In this document: piece by piece, positions 29,865-40,173 of the stretch
How the letters are laid out: every line of letters starts with the position of its first letter
Numbering within the stretch: position 1 is the stretch's first letter
Assembly (NCBI GenBank): GCA_977020255.1
Contig: CDROCS010000253.1
Span: 1,302,001 to 1,366,000, forward strand
Reading direction: 5' to 3'
Origin: Obrimoposthia wandeli
Taxonomy: Eukaryota
DNA: 64,000 bases
Notes under the pieces: generated by a model
Databases searched by the model: none
What the model was told of the DNA's origin: nothing
What the model saw: only the letters and a program-made list of their open reading frames with translations
Program-made: the position numbers and the translations under genes

Positions 29865-32789
29865 ATGAGTACAAATAAAACGGATAAAAAAGCAAATAAT
29901 TTACAGAGTAAACAGACTCTTCAAGTGGGGAGTAATGCTAAGCACTTTCATCAGTTTTTTACTGTCTATCTTCTTACTATATTCTTGGTCGTTGTCGTTG
30001 GATTATCCTCAATATTATTTTTTTTAGCGCAGCATTATAAACACTCTCAAACGTTAATAACGGAACAATTTGTTTCATTACAAACGCAGTTTTTACAGCA
30101 AAGCTACCTGATTAATGCTGATATGCTTATTGATGACATGTTGAAAAATACTAATTCGCATGAATTGATCACCTTGCAGCATGCGCTTTCCCTACAGAGC
30201 AAAAATCTCTCATTATTAAAGTCTGCGTATAAAAATAGCTATCAGCAATGGCTGTCCAGCAATAATCTTGCAATGAGCCTAATTACCCGTATTGAGTCAA
30301 GTCATGCAAATAATGATTTATTAAAATCTAAATCATTAATTCAGCTTGATACTTTACTTGATGCCATCCAAGTTCAATTGAGTGATCAACAGACAAACGC
30401 GAAGCAAGCAGTACTGCTATATAAAGTAGAAAATCAGCTGACTAACATAGTGAGGATGCTCAAACGTTTGCATTTGAAAACGCCACTTGGAGTATTTGAG
30501 CAGCTAAGTAAAAAAATGGATGAAATGTTTGTTACTGATTATGCCAAGCAACTGGCTAATCAACAGTATGAAAGTCAAGGCATGGCTGACATTGTCAGAG
30601 ACTTCATTCGTTTTGAAGATTTGATATTAAAAGATGATTTATTGGCTAAATGGCAAGAAAATTTACGCTTGATGGACGGTTATCAAAAACGGCTTAATGT
30701 CCAGCAGCAGCAATTGCAAAGTATTCTTGATGACCTCTCAGGAAATCAGCCAGAAGCTGACTTCACAATAAGTGATTATGCAGTAACCCAGAAGCTAACT
30801 AATAAAGTACTCATATTGATAAACCAATTACCAATATGGATCGTTATTATTTTTGCTTTTGTACTTATCAGCGTAGCAGGGTTACTTTGGTTAATTCGAA
30901 GGAGAATGAAAGCGGTTAGTCAATTTAATGTTAAGTGTATTAATTACGCATTAGGAATGGGCTCTGCCTCATTGATAAATAAAGAAGATAGTTATTTAAA
31001 ACACGATAAACAAGCCTTTTATAGTGCTGAATCTGAACAATTAGTAAATAAAATACAGCAACTAAATGCCAATAATTACAGTGAAGTAGAGTATTTAACG
31101 CTGACTGATAAAAATAAAATACTTGAAGATAAAGTAGCTACACAAGAGCAATTAAAAGTCGAATTAGCGTTGGTTAAGTTTAATGCATTGGAAAAATACA
31201 CTTCTCAGTTATTATTTGAACAACAACGTGGTAAATCCCTTCACCTAGCCGCTATCAAGCAATTAGTGTTATTAGGAAGTAGTGCGGTGATAACAACAAG
31301 TGATCATAATGAAAATAGCACCAGTATAAAAGAAAATTATTTGTATCAAGCTCATCTTCAAGGTCGAGACTTAGTTCGAAAATTAAGACAAGTGAGTTGT
31401 TACCAATACTTGCAAAGCAGTGAGGCGGTACTGACATTAAGCGATGTGAATCTTGCTGCACAAATACAGGCTATTTTACTTAATTTACGCAATAAACTCA
31501 TACTCTGTAAAAATAGGGTGTCATTAACTATTGATGAAAAAATTTTTACAGCGGTAAATCTAGATGCAGAATTATTTTCTGAAATGTTTAATACTTTCAT
31601 CAGACTGCTATTATCTCAAAAAACAGATAGACAGTTAGCGGTAAACTTACAGTTGGTTGATAAAAATAATGGCCAACAAAAAATATGCTTTACTGGTCAA
31701 GTGCAAGGTGAAGATAACATAGTACAGCTGTCACAAACACTACAAGGTTTTAATGATGAAAGTGCCGAAAAAGGTGAACTTGGTGATTATTTTACTACTT
31801 TATTACGATACCAGCATGGCGATGATGTTAGCGTCAAAGTAACCGAGCAAGCATATATTTTTAGTTTCACCATACCTTTAGCGGTCACTAATAGTCAACA
31901 AGAACGAAGTTATCCAGTGCTTTCGTTACCGGATTATTTAGCTGATATTGAAAATATTTGTGCAAAATTAGCCGTGAAGTACCTTGCTATGCCTATAGAG
32001 GTATTACTCGCCGTAAGAGCACCTGAAAAATATCAGCACTTACAGCAATTGTTGCAAGCTATGGGTTTACAAATTACGTTTGTTACCTGTGAATTGATGT
32101 TAGAACAACATTGGCAAAGTGGTCGCTTTGCCGTGTTGATGACAGAGATAGATTGTCAGCCTTTCACCGAATTTATGATTGACGAGGGTGAAAAATCCTC
32201 TAATAGAGTCGCCTTAACTCGTGGCGTTTTTAGTTTGTCAAACCTGATAAATATCACTTCAAAATCAGATGGGTACGCTCACTGGGTACTTGGCGAGTTA
32301 AATGCTAGCAGTGCCGTAGCTGAATTAATCACGGCAATGCAACCATGGATAAAAGAGCAAAAAATTGACATCATACTCTCTGAAAAAATAGCACAGTCTG
32401 ATATAAGTAAGAAGCTTGTTAATGCGAAAGTATTAGCAGGGAATTCACCAGTAAGCTTTAACTTTGAACGCTACTTAATACATCAAGGTTCCGCTGAATT
32501 GGCTATTTTTATGCTTGAGGAGTATACAACTGAAAATACTGCATTAGTCGATGAATTAAGCCAAGCGTTCACGGTTAATGATACTAAAAAAGCTGAGGCT
32601 GTTATTCTGGCATTACTGGTGAACGGCAAGATACTTGCGGCAGGTCGCTTATTGAACCTTTGTCAGCATTGGCAGAGATTACTTACCACTCAAGGGTTAG
32701 ATAACAGTGAAAAATTACAAATAATTCTATTAAATAAAACAAAAAAATCGGTTGACGATATTAGTCAACATGCAAATACTATTGCTTAG
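29865..32789 (+). CDS. Membrane protein with degenerate hybrid sensor-kinase architecture (TM-periplasmic-TM-HisKA/HATPase-REC-Hpt-like)
   Basis: Two TM segments (about aa 31-55 and 322-344); by-eye alignment to H-box, REC and Hpt with catalytic residues missing. Confidence 0.6.
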   Translation: MSTNKTDKKANNLQSKQTLQVGSNAKHFHQFFTVYLLTIFLVVVVGLSSILFFLAQHYKHSQTLITEQFVSLQTQFLQQSYLINADMLIDDMLKNTNSHELITLQHALSLQSKNLSLLKSAYKNSYQQWLSSNNLAMSLITRIESSHANNDLLKSKSLIQLDTLLDAIQVQLSDQQTNAKQAVLLYKVENQLTNIVRMLKRLHLKTPLGVFEQLSKKMDEMFVTDYAKQLANQQYESQGMADIVRDFIRFEDLILKDDLLAKWQENLRLMDGYQKRLNVQQQQLQSILDDLSGNQPEADFTISDYAVTQKLTNKVLILINQLPIWIVIIFAFVLISVAGLLWLIRRRMKAVSQFNVKCINYALGMGSASLINKEDSYLKHDKQAFYSAESEQLVNKIQQLNANNYSEVEYLTLTDKNKILEDKVATQEQLKVELALVKFNALEKYTSQLLFEQQRGKSLHLAAIKQLVLLGSSAVITTSDHNENSTSIKENYLYQAHLQGRDLVRKLRQVSCYQYLQSSEAVLTLSDVNLAAQIQAILLNLRNKLILCKNRVSLTIDEKIFTAVNLDAELFSEMFNTFIRLLLSQKTDRQLAVNLQLVDKNNGQQKICFTGQVQGEDNIVQLSQTLQGFNDESAEKGELGDYFTTLLRYQHGDDVSVKVTEQAYIFSFTIPLAVTNSQQERSYPVLSLPDYLADIENICAKLAVKYLAMPIEVLLAVRAPEKYQHLQQLLQAMGLQITFVTCELMLEQHWQSGRFAVLMTEIDCQPFTEFMIDEGEKSSNRVALTRGVFSLSNLINITSKSDGYAHWVLGELNASSAVAELITAMQPWIKEQKIDIILSEKIAQSDISKKLVNAKVLAGNSPVSFNFERYLIHQGSAELAIFMLEEYTTENTALVDELSQAFTVNDTKKAEAVILALLVNGKILAAGRLLNLCQHWQRLLTTQGLDNSEKLQIILLNKTKKSVDDISQHANTIA

Positions 32790-32810
32790 TTTAAGCTTAT
32801 AAGGAGTATC

Positions 32811-33023
32811 TTGAGTAATCATAATAGCGATAATCAAAAAAAATTAACTGATAGCCCCTGCGTGCGTAATTGCTGCTTAGATGGCGATGATGTTTGTCTC
32901 GGTTGTTTTCGTTACATTGATGAAATTACTTCGTGGCGAAGTTATTCTGATGAGGAAAAGCAACAAGTTACTACCTTGTGTCAACAACGGCGAGAAGATA
33001 TCCAGAGTAAATCCAATAACTAG
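32811..33023 (+). CDS. DUF1289 family small Cys-rich protein
   Basis: SPCVRNCCLD.DDVCLGCFRYIDEITSW. Confidence 0.85.
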   Translation: MSNHNSDNQKKLTDSPCVRNCCLDGDDVCLGCFRYIDEITSWRSYSDEEKQQVTTLCQQRREDIQSKSNN

Positions 33024-33145
33024 CTAATCAAAGCACAGAATAACTAGGCTTAAATTATTTTCCTCGTCTAAAGTGCTTTTAATTCTCCCTGACATCCTGC
33101 ATTTTGAATGGCAACGGGCCTAAACAAGTTTTATACCGTTATAGG

Positions 33146-34348
33146 CTAGGCATCTCTAGTAAGGCCCTTTTCAACAGAGCGGATCAAGCGCAGTGTTAAT
33201 CGATGGTTTTTCGCTTGCTCTGCTGCAACTTTCTCGGTAAGCATTTTTTTATTGCTCTGCTGTGTTAGTGCCCAGTTAATATGCTCAACAACGAGTTCAC
33301 TTACCTCAGGTAACCTTTCGGTTAACGCTGTTACAATAATATCACTATAGGGGGCATTACCTAATGCCACCGCAATATTGCGCAGCCAACTTTGAAAACC
33401 AATACGTCTTATGGGTGAGCCTTGTAAATAATTTAGGAAGTAGTCTTCTGACCAAGCGAATAACTCAAGTAAGCTGATATCATCTAGGTTATTTCTCGCT
33501 TGAAAGTCATCAACAAGACTAAGCTTAGCGTACTTATTCCAAGGACAAATTAATTGGCAATCATCACAGCCATAAATACGATTACCCATTAAGGGGCGTA
33601 ATTCTTCAGGTATGGCGTCTGGTGACTCAATAGTGAAATAAGAAATGCAACGCCGGGCATCAACAGTATAAGGCTCTACTATCGCTTTAGTGGGGCAAAT
33701 TTTAATACAAGCTACGCAAGTGCCGCAATCATTGATTTTAGTTTGTGTTTCAATGGCCTTAATAGCACTGACAGTATATTCATTGCTACTAACTGGCAGG
33801 GGAATATCAACAAATAGCTCACCTAGGAAAAACCAAGAGCCCGCTTCTTTATTGATTAATAAGGTATGTTTGCCAGCCCAGCCCAATCCCGCTTTTTCTG
33901 CTAGTGGTCTTTCCATTACTGGCGCTGAATCAACAAATGGTCGGCAGTTAAAGTCGCTGCAGTGTTCTGCTATTTTTTTTCCTAATTGCTGTAAGCGTTT
34001 ACGCATTAATTTATGATAATCACGGCCAAGTGCATACCGGCTGATATACGCTTTGTTTTTATCTTTTAGAATACTAGCAAATTTAGCATCTTGTGGCAGG
34101 TAATCTAAACGTACGCTAATGACTCTCATGGTGCCGGGCACCAATTCTGCAGGTCGAGCACGCATTAAACCATGGCGCGCCATGTAATCCATATTGCCGT
34201 GGTAGTTATTAGCCAACCAACGCTCTAACATATTTTCATGAGCAGATAAGTCAATATCACTGATGCCCAAATCAGAAAAACCTAATTCTTTGCCCCAACA
34301 CTTGATTTTTTCTGCTAATTCTTGATAGTTAATGGGAGACATTGTCAT
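33146..34348 (-). CDS. queG: Epoxyqueuosine reductase
   Basis: YISRYALGRDYHK, VDSAPVMER, CGTCVACIKICPT, RIYGCDDCQLICPWN; divergent from nnr. Confidence 0.96.
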   Translation of the reverse strand: MTMSPINYQELAEKIKCWGKELGFSDLGISDIDLSAHENMLERWLANNYHGNMDYMARHGLMRARPAELVPGTMRVISVRLDYLPQDAKFASILKDKNKAYISRYALGRDYHKLMRKRLQQLGKKIAEHCSDFNCRPFVDSAPVMERPLAEKAGLGWAGKHTLLINKEAGSWFFLGELFVDIPLPVSSNEYTVSAIKAIETQTKINDCGTCVACIKICPTKAIVEPYTVDARRCISYFTIESPDAIPEELRPLMGNRIYGCDDCQLICPWNKYAKLSLVDDFQARNNLDDISLLELFAWSEDYFLNYLQGSPIRRIGFQSWLRNIAVALGNAPYSDIIVTALTERLPEVSELVVEHINWALTQQSNKKMLTEKVAAEQAKNHRLTLRLIRSVEKGLTRDA

Positions 34349-34410
34349 AAAATAAAGTCGAGCTTGAGCTCGTTCGTTGAACCATTGATTGAGGTTAAAT
34401 TAATATCACC

Positions 34411-35985
34411 ATGAAATTATCATCAAGTTTATCACAAAAGCCACCGATGGCATCAGTGTATAGTGCTAACCAAGTTTTGAAAAATGAAGCGAATGTTGCG
34501 CGAAGTCAAGGTATAGCAATGTATGAACTTATGCAAAGCGCAGGCGCTGCAATTTTTACACAATTATTGAATTGCTGGCCTAACACTAAACATCTATTAG
34601 TATTGTGCGGTAAAGGAAATAATGGCGGTGATGGTTTTGTCGTTGCTAAATTAGCACACCAAGCAAAGATAAAGGTGAGTGTCTTACTTACCTGTGATCT
34701 GAGCCAGTTAAAAGGTGATGCCTTACTGGCGTATCAAGCTATGATCTCCGTAGGAGCATCCCTAATAGTTGAGAATATGTTGAATAAAAATGCTAATAGC
34801 TTAGCTGTTATCAACAAGTTTACTGGTGAGGTCATTGTTGATGCTTTATTTGGTATTGGTTTCACCGGCCAGCTGACACCATGTCTGCAAGCGCTTGTAT
34901 CGAGTATTAATCATCACAATGCCAAGGTAATAAGTATTGATGTACCTTCAGGGCTGTGCGCAACAACAGGTCAAGTACATGGGGTAAGTATATCAACACA
35001 AGCAATTATTGCAGACGTTACCTTAACGTTTATCGTTTATAAGCAAGGTTTATTAACGGGTCAGGCGGCCAACTTTGTCGGAAAGTTGCTTTTGGCGCCT
35101 TTGGCAATGAATAGCGCTTTTACAAAACAAGTAGAAACCAATAATTACTCTGCCCAATATACATTACCTTTGAGCCAGGCTAGGAGATTACCTGCCAGCC
35201 ATAAAGGAGATAGTGGTTTCTTATTAGCTGTAGGTGGTAGCGCAGGAATGCCAGGGGCAATACGCCTTGCCAGTGAGTCAGCTTTACGTTGTGGTGCGGG
35301 TTTAGTTGCCGTGAGTTGTCATGAGAGTAATCAGGCGTTTATCATGAATGGCCGACCTGAGTTGATGTTGGTACCATCAATCAGTGTTTTATTGGGAAAG
35401 TCTGCTCAATTGCATAAAGCAAGTGCTTTCCTCGTCGGTCCTGGGTTAGGGAAAAATGAAGAAGCACAGCAGTTATTTGAATTAATATGTAAAGCTAGCC
35501 AGGCACAGAATAAGAGCACAGTCCTTGATGCCGATGCTTTAATACTATTAAGTAAGACTAAGCAAAAATGCAACCATTGGGTATTAACACCACACCCTAA
35601 AGAAGCTGCGGCTTTGTTAGGATGTGATGTGCCCAGTATTGAGGCAGACCGTTTTTCTGCAGTACGTGCTATTGCTAATCAATACGGTGGAATTTGTTTG
35701 CTTAAAGGTGCAGGTACGTTAATTTCAGATGGTGAGCATGTTGTTATAAATAATTCAGGTAATGCGGGAATGGCATCGGGTGGTATGGGCGATGTATTAA
35801 GTGGGATTATTAGTGCTTTAGTGATGCAAAGTGATAATAATTTTTACTCAACATGCCTAGCGGCATATATTCATGGTGCTGCAGCTGATATTATAGCCAA
35901 TAATAATGGTCAGCGTGGCTTGTTAGCTAGTGATTTATTTATACCATTGCAGCAATTGCTCAATGGAAAAGTGCCTAATCATTAA
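34411..35985 (+). CDS. nnr: Bifunctional NAD(P)HX epimerase/dehydratase
   Basis: CGKGNNGGDG, DALFGIG, HKGDSG, DADAL, LTPHPKEA, GGMGDVLSG. Confidence 0.95.
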   Translation: MKLSSSLSQKPPMASVYSANQVLKNEANVARSQGIAMYELMQSAGAAIFTQLLNCWPNTKHLLVLCGKGNNGGDGFVVAKLAHQAKIKVSVLLTCDLSQLKGDALLAYQAMISVGASLIVENMLNKNANSLAVINKFTGEVIVDALFGIGFTGQLTPCLQALVSSINHHNAKVISIDVPSGLCATTGQVHGVSISTQAIIADVTLTFIVYKQGLLTGQAANFVGKLLLAPLAMNSAFTKQVETNNYSAQYTLPLSQARRLPASHKGDSGFLLAVGGSAGMPGAIRLASESALRCGAGLVAVSCHESNQAFIMNGRPELMLVPSISVLLGKSAQLHKASAFLVGPGLGKNEEAQQLFELICKASQAQNKSTVLDADALILLSKTKQKCNHWVLTPHPKEAAALLGCDVPSIEADRFSAVRAIANQYGGICLLKGAGTLISDGEHVVINNSGNAGMASGGMGDVLSGIISALVMQSDNNFYSTCLAAYIHGAAADIIANNNGQRGLLASDLFIPLQQLLNGKVPNH

Positions 35986-36023
35986 CGTTGTAATAATAGT
36001 CGTAATAAACATAGAAAAGTAAA

Positions 36024-36506
36024 ATGAAGCAATTAGAATATTTTTTAGCTGATGAAGCTGCCACCATTGCCATTGGTTCAGGACTGGCGCAAGTACTTAA
36101 AAGTGCCACAGTTCAGCAAGCATTAGTGGTTTATCTTAACGGTGATTTAGGCGCAGGAAAAACGACTCTTACTCGAGGATTTGTCAGAGGTATGGGGCAT
36201 AAAGGTAATGTAAAAAGCCCTACTTATACTTTGGTTGAACCTTATGAATTAGGGGAGTGGCGAGTCTTTCATTTTGATTTATATCGTCTTTCGGATGCTG
36301 AAGAATTAGAATATATGGGGATTCGAGATTATTTTAATAATGACTGTTGCTGCTTTATTGAATGGCCAGAAAAAGGAACTGGGCTATTGGCTAAAGCAGA
36401 TTTAATCATTAATATAGCTTATCAAGATGAACAAAGAATCATCGAGCTGCAAGCAGAATCTGTTCATGGTGAACAGGTGATGACAGCGCTTGCACAAATT
36501 ATATAG
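36024..36506 (+). CDS. tsaE: tRNA t6A biosynthesis ATPase
   Basis: GDLGAGKTT, VKSPTYTLVEPY, HFDLYRL, IEWPE. Confidence 0.97.
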   Translation: MKQLEYFLADEAATIAIGSGLAQVLKSATVQQALVVYLNGDLGAGKTTLTRGFVRGMGHKGNVKSPTYTLVEPYELGEWRVFHFDLYRLSDAEELEYMGIRDYFNNDCCCFIEWPEKGTGLLAKADLIINIAYQDEQRIIELQAESVHGEQVMTALAQII

Positions 36507-36814
36507 CCGCTCCACTTGAAGATGCAGGATTCAACTGGAATTAGAAACGCCTTTAGGCAAGACATTGATTGAAGAGAATAGTTATTCAGGAGAATATGCT
36601 CCTGAATTTTCTAATAAGCTACATCCGTGTAGCGTTATTATCGAAATCAATAACGCAGCATAAAGCGTTTCTAAACCAGTCCCTTGGGGAAGTCTGAGCA
36701 AATCATACTCAGCGTTACATTTCTTTTTAAGGGAATGACCCTTAATAAAAAATGCGCCTTGATTATGAATCGCTCAGACTTCCTGAAACGAGCATCTTCA
36801 AGTAGAGCGGGTAT
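36502..36814. mobile_element. 313-bp ERIC-like/MITE-like element with nested inverted repeats
   Basis: TIRs TATAGCCGCTCCACTTGAAGATGC / GCATCTTCAAGTAGAGCGGGTAT; two internal long hairpins; no ORF. Confidence 0.8.
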
Positions 36815-36841
36815 CAAGTTATAAAAATTGGGGGTAGTTGG

Positions 36842-38176
36842 ATGTATCGGAGAATTCTCCTAGCGATATCAAAGTTACGTGTGCTAAGTTTGCTATGTAT
36901 TATTGCCGTATCAAGTTTATTTTCAGCGAGTACCTTTGCAGCCAATAGCATTGACGGCATTCGTGTGTGGCCAGCGCCAGAAAATACCCGTATTGTGTTT
37001 GATGTTAAGCAAAAGCCAGACTATAAATTTTTTACCCTCAGTAAGCCAAATCGATTGGTGATTGATTTTACCAATACAAAAAATACCGTCGACTTAACAA
37101 CCCTTGTCACTAACGACCCACGGGTAAAGCGTTTCCGTTCAAGCGTGAGTAAGGGTAAAACCCGCTTGGTATTAGAATTAACTAAGTCTTATCAGCTTAC
37201 CGTTTTTAAGCTAGAACCTGCTGGACAATACGGAAATCGTTTGGTAATTGATCTTTACGATAAAAACCGTAGTAAAAAGAATATATCTAAACCAAAGCAG
37301 AGTGTTGGCGATATCATTATTGGCATTGATGCTGGCCACGGTGGCGAAGATCCCGGCTCAATTGGTGGTAAAGGTACTTATGAAAAAAGAGTTACTTTAG
37401 CGATCGCTAAAAAACTACAAAAAGTGATCAATAAAGAAAAAGGCATGAAAGCGGTGATGATCCGCAGTGGTGATTATTATGTTGATTTGAATCGTCGTAC
37501 TAGTCTGGCTAGAGATAAACATGTCGACTTTTTAGTCTCAATACATGCGGATGCTTTTCATACGCCAGGGCCAAATGGTGCCTCGGTTTGGGTGGTAACT
37601 AAAAGCCGCGCAGAATCAGAATTATCACGATGGTTAGTAAATAGAGAGAAAAAATCAGAATTACTTGGTGGTGGTGGTGGTGTCATTAAAAATACTTCAG
37701 ACAACCATTTAGCGTTAACTTTAGCTGATATGAGCAAAGAGCATTCTCTGGGCGTAAGCTTTGGTGTGGCTAATAATGTTATAAAAGAGCTTAAAAAAAT
37801 CACGAAAATGCATAAAAAAACACCTCAAAATGGTAACTTTGCGGTACTTAAATCATCAGATATACCGTCAATATTGGTGGAAACTGGCTTCATTTCTAAT
37901 CATAAAGAAGAGAAAAATTTAACCTGGTCTAAACACCAGCAACGTTTAGCTGATGCAATTCATCGAGGTATCAAAAATCACTTTTTGGCACATCCGTTAA
38001 CCGGATCTTATTTTGCGTCTGTTGGGTATAAAAAGCATAAAGTACGCAGTGGTGAATCGCTATCGGTACTAGCCAAACGTTACAATATATCTATGAGTAA
38101 GCTGAAAACTATCAATAAGTTAAAGTCTAATTCATTACGAATTGGTCAAACATTAAAAATTCCTCGCACCGGATAA
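36842..38176 (+). CDS. amiB: N-acetylmuramoyl-L-alanine amidase (AMIN + Amidase_3 + LysM)
   Basis: IDAGHGGEDPG, SIHADA, SILVETGFISN, C-terminal LysM; between tsaE and mutL. Confidence 0.93.
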   Translation: MYRRILLAISKLRVLSLLCIIAVSSLFSASTFAANSIDGIRVWPAPENTRIVFDVKQKPDYKFFTLSKPNRLVIDFTNTKNTVDLTTLVTNDPRVKRFRSSVSKGKTRLVLELTKSYQLTVFKLEPAGQYGNRLVIDLYDKNRSKKNISKPKQSVGDIIIGIDAGHGGEDPGSIGGKGTYEKRVTLAIAKKLQKVINKEKGMKAVMIRSGDYYVDLNRRTSLARDKHVDFLVSIHADAFHTPGPNGASVWVVTKSRAESELSRWLVNREKKSELLGGGGGVIKNTSDNHLALTLADMSKEHSLGVSFGVANNVIKELKKITKMHKKTPQNGNFAVLKSSDIPSILVETGFISNHKEEKNLTWSKHQQRLADAIHRGIKNHFLAHPLTGSYFASVGYKKHKVRSGESLSVLAKRYNISMSKLKTINKLKSNSLRIGQTLKIPRTG

Positions 38177-38182
38177 ACCCTT

Positions 38183-40147
38183 ATGACTATTGCTATATTG
38201 CCTGCACGTTTGGCTAACCAAATTGCTGCTGGTGAAGTGGTTGAGCGCCCTGCGTCTGTTATTAAAGAACTGATTGAAAATAGTTTAGATGCGGGTGCAA
38301 CATCAATTCACATTGATGTTGATAAAGGTGGCATCAAAAAGATAAAAATTACTGATAATGGACATGGCATTGTTAAAGAAGAATTAACCTTGGCATTAAG
38401 TCGTCATGCAACCAGTAAAATTAAGAGCTTAAATGACTTAGAAGCCATTGATAGTTTGGGGTTTCGTGGTGAAGCATTAGCCAGCATTAGCTCTGTTTCT
38501 CGATTAACGTTAACTTCTAAACCGCAATCTCAAGCAATGGCGTGGCAAGCTGTTGCTGAAGGGCGGGATATGTCAGTTAATATAAAACCTGCTGCTCACC
38601 CGGATGGTACGAGTATTGAAGTGCTCGACTTGTTTTTCAATACACCGGCGAGGCGCAAGTTCTTACGTACGGAAAAAACAGAATTCAATCATATTGACGA
38701 GGTGGTACGCCGTATCGCGCTTGCTCACTTTGCCGTTAGCTTTACCCTAACACATAACAGTAATACTGTTCGTCAATATCGTATGGCGAGTACTCATGCA
38801 CAATGTACTAAACGTGTTGCTATGGTCTGTGGTCCAAAGTTTATTGAACATGCCGTTGAAATAGATTGCCCACACGATAATATGACACTCTCGGGTTGGT
38901 TAGCTAAACCAAGTTTCTCGCGCAGTCAAAACGATCTTTGTTATAGCTATGTCAATGGCAGAATGATGCGTGATAAATTAATTAATCATGCTATTCGGCA
39001 AGCGTATGCAGATTTATTACCGCCAGATACTTATCCTGCATTTGTTCTTTTTTTACAGCTTGAACACCGAGAAGTGGATGTAAATGTTCATCCATCAAAA
39101 CATGAAGTACGCTTTCATCAAAGTCGTTACGTTCATGATTTTATCTATTCTGTTTGTCATAAAGCGTTAACGTCAGCCTTAGCAGGCGAAGCGTTATTTA
39201 TTACAGAGGATAGTGATATTACATTAGTACCTGAGCAGTCCTATTCTTCTGTGGGCGCAAATGAAACACAAGCCAACCCTTTACCAAACGCTAGTCACCC
39301 TACAGTAAACTACCCACGTGCTGATTATGTTAGACCATTACAATATGTCAATGATACTAGTCATAATCAATCTGCTTATAGTTCGAGTGGCAAAGGGCAA
39401 CGGGCAAAAACTAATGTAATCTCCCCGATTGCAGCAACTAACTATCAAGCATTAATGACACCTCATGAAGGGACTTCTGCTCAAGTTCAAAATGTTAGTG
39501 GCTCACATCAAGAAATCGCACAAAACCATGAGATTATTAACCTGGAAAATTCCCCTAGTCAGAGTATATTTTTAAGTATATATCAGCCAGGTTATGCACT
39601 TTATAAAGCGGAAAGTGGTATCAGAGTTTTATCCTTATTTAAATTAGCGCAACGTACTTATGGTAAACTTGTCGCACAAAGTTGGCAGAAAAAAAATGAG
39701 CAATCAGATGGGTCTATTGCATGCTTAGTTAGTCAACCGTTGTTGTTACCTGTAATGTTAAGCCTTTCTGAGGAGCAACTAAGTCTTGCATTAGCGGAAC
39801 AAGAAATACTCGAAAACGCGGGCATAGTGTTTGTTGAACAGAGTAAAAATAAAATACAAATTAGGCAATTTCCCGCGTTATTACGTGAGCAAGATGTAAG
39901 TAGCGCGCTTGTAGTTATTATTGATGAGCTGATCAAAAAGCTAAGTATTAGCGATGGTGAGGCACTTTGTGAAACTGACTTTCATCAAAGTATTGGTTTA
40001 GCAATGGTTTTGACTCAGTATGATGATATACAAGCTGATATTTTATTAAAACTCTCAAAAAAATTGTTTCATGAACAACTTAGTCAACAATTACTCTTGA
40101 ATTCTATCCCTCTTGACCTTACATCACATATTAAGACGTTATTTTAG
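38183..40147 (+). CDS. mutL: DNA mismatch repair protein MutL
   Basis: LANQIAAGEVVERPASV, GFRGEAL, LFFNTPARRKFL, DVNVHPSK. Confidence 0.97.
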   Translation: MTIAILPARLANQIAAGEVVERPASVIKELIENSLDAGATSIHIDVDKGGIKKIKITDNGHGIVKEELTLALSRHATSKIKSLNDLEAIDSLGFRGEALASISSVSRLTLTSKPQSQAMAWQAVAEGRDMSVNIKPAAHPDGTSIEVLDLFFNTPARRKFLRTEKTEFNHIDEVVRRIALAHFAVSFTLTHNSNTVRQYRMASTHAQCTKRVAMVCGPKFIEHAVEIDCPHDNMTLSGWLAKPSFSRSQNDLCYSYVNGRMMRDKLINHAIRQAYADLLPPDTYPAFVLFLQLEHREVDVNVHPSKHEVRFHQSRYVHDFIYSVCHKALTSALAGEALFITEDSDITLVPEQSYSSVGANETQANPLPNASHPTVNYPRADYVRPLQYVNDTSHNQSAYSSSGKGQRAKTNVISPIAATNYQALMTPHEGTSAQVQNVSGSHQEIAQNHEIINLENSPSQSIFLSIYQPGYALYKAESGIRVLSLFKLAQRTYGKLVAQSWQKKNEQSDGSIACLVSQPLLLPVMLSLSEEQLSLALAEQEILENAGIVFVEQSKNKIQIRQFPALLREQDVSSALVVIIDELIKKLSISDGEALCETDFHQSIGLAMVLTQYDDIQADILLKLSKKLFHEQLSQQLLLNSIPLDLTSHIKTLF

Positions 40148-40173
40148 TTATTTTCAATAAGAGTTAAGTATTC

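Noticed and set aside
39500-40147. MutL C-terminal domain lacks the DQHA(X)2E endonuclease motif
   Set aside because: This is normal for gammaproteobacterial MutH-type mismatch repair.
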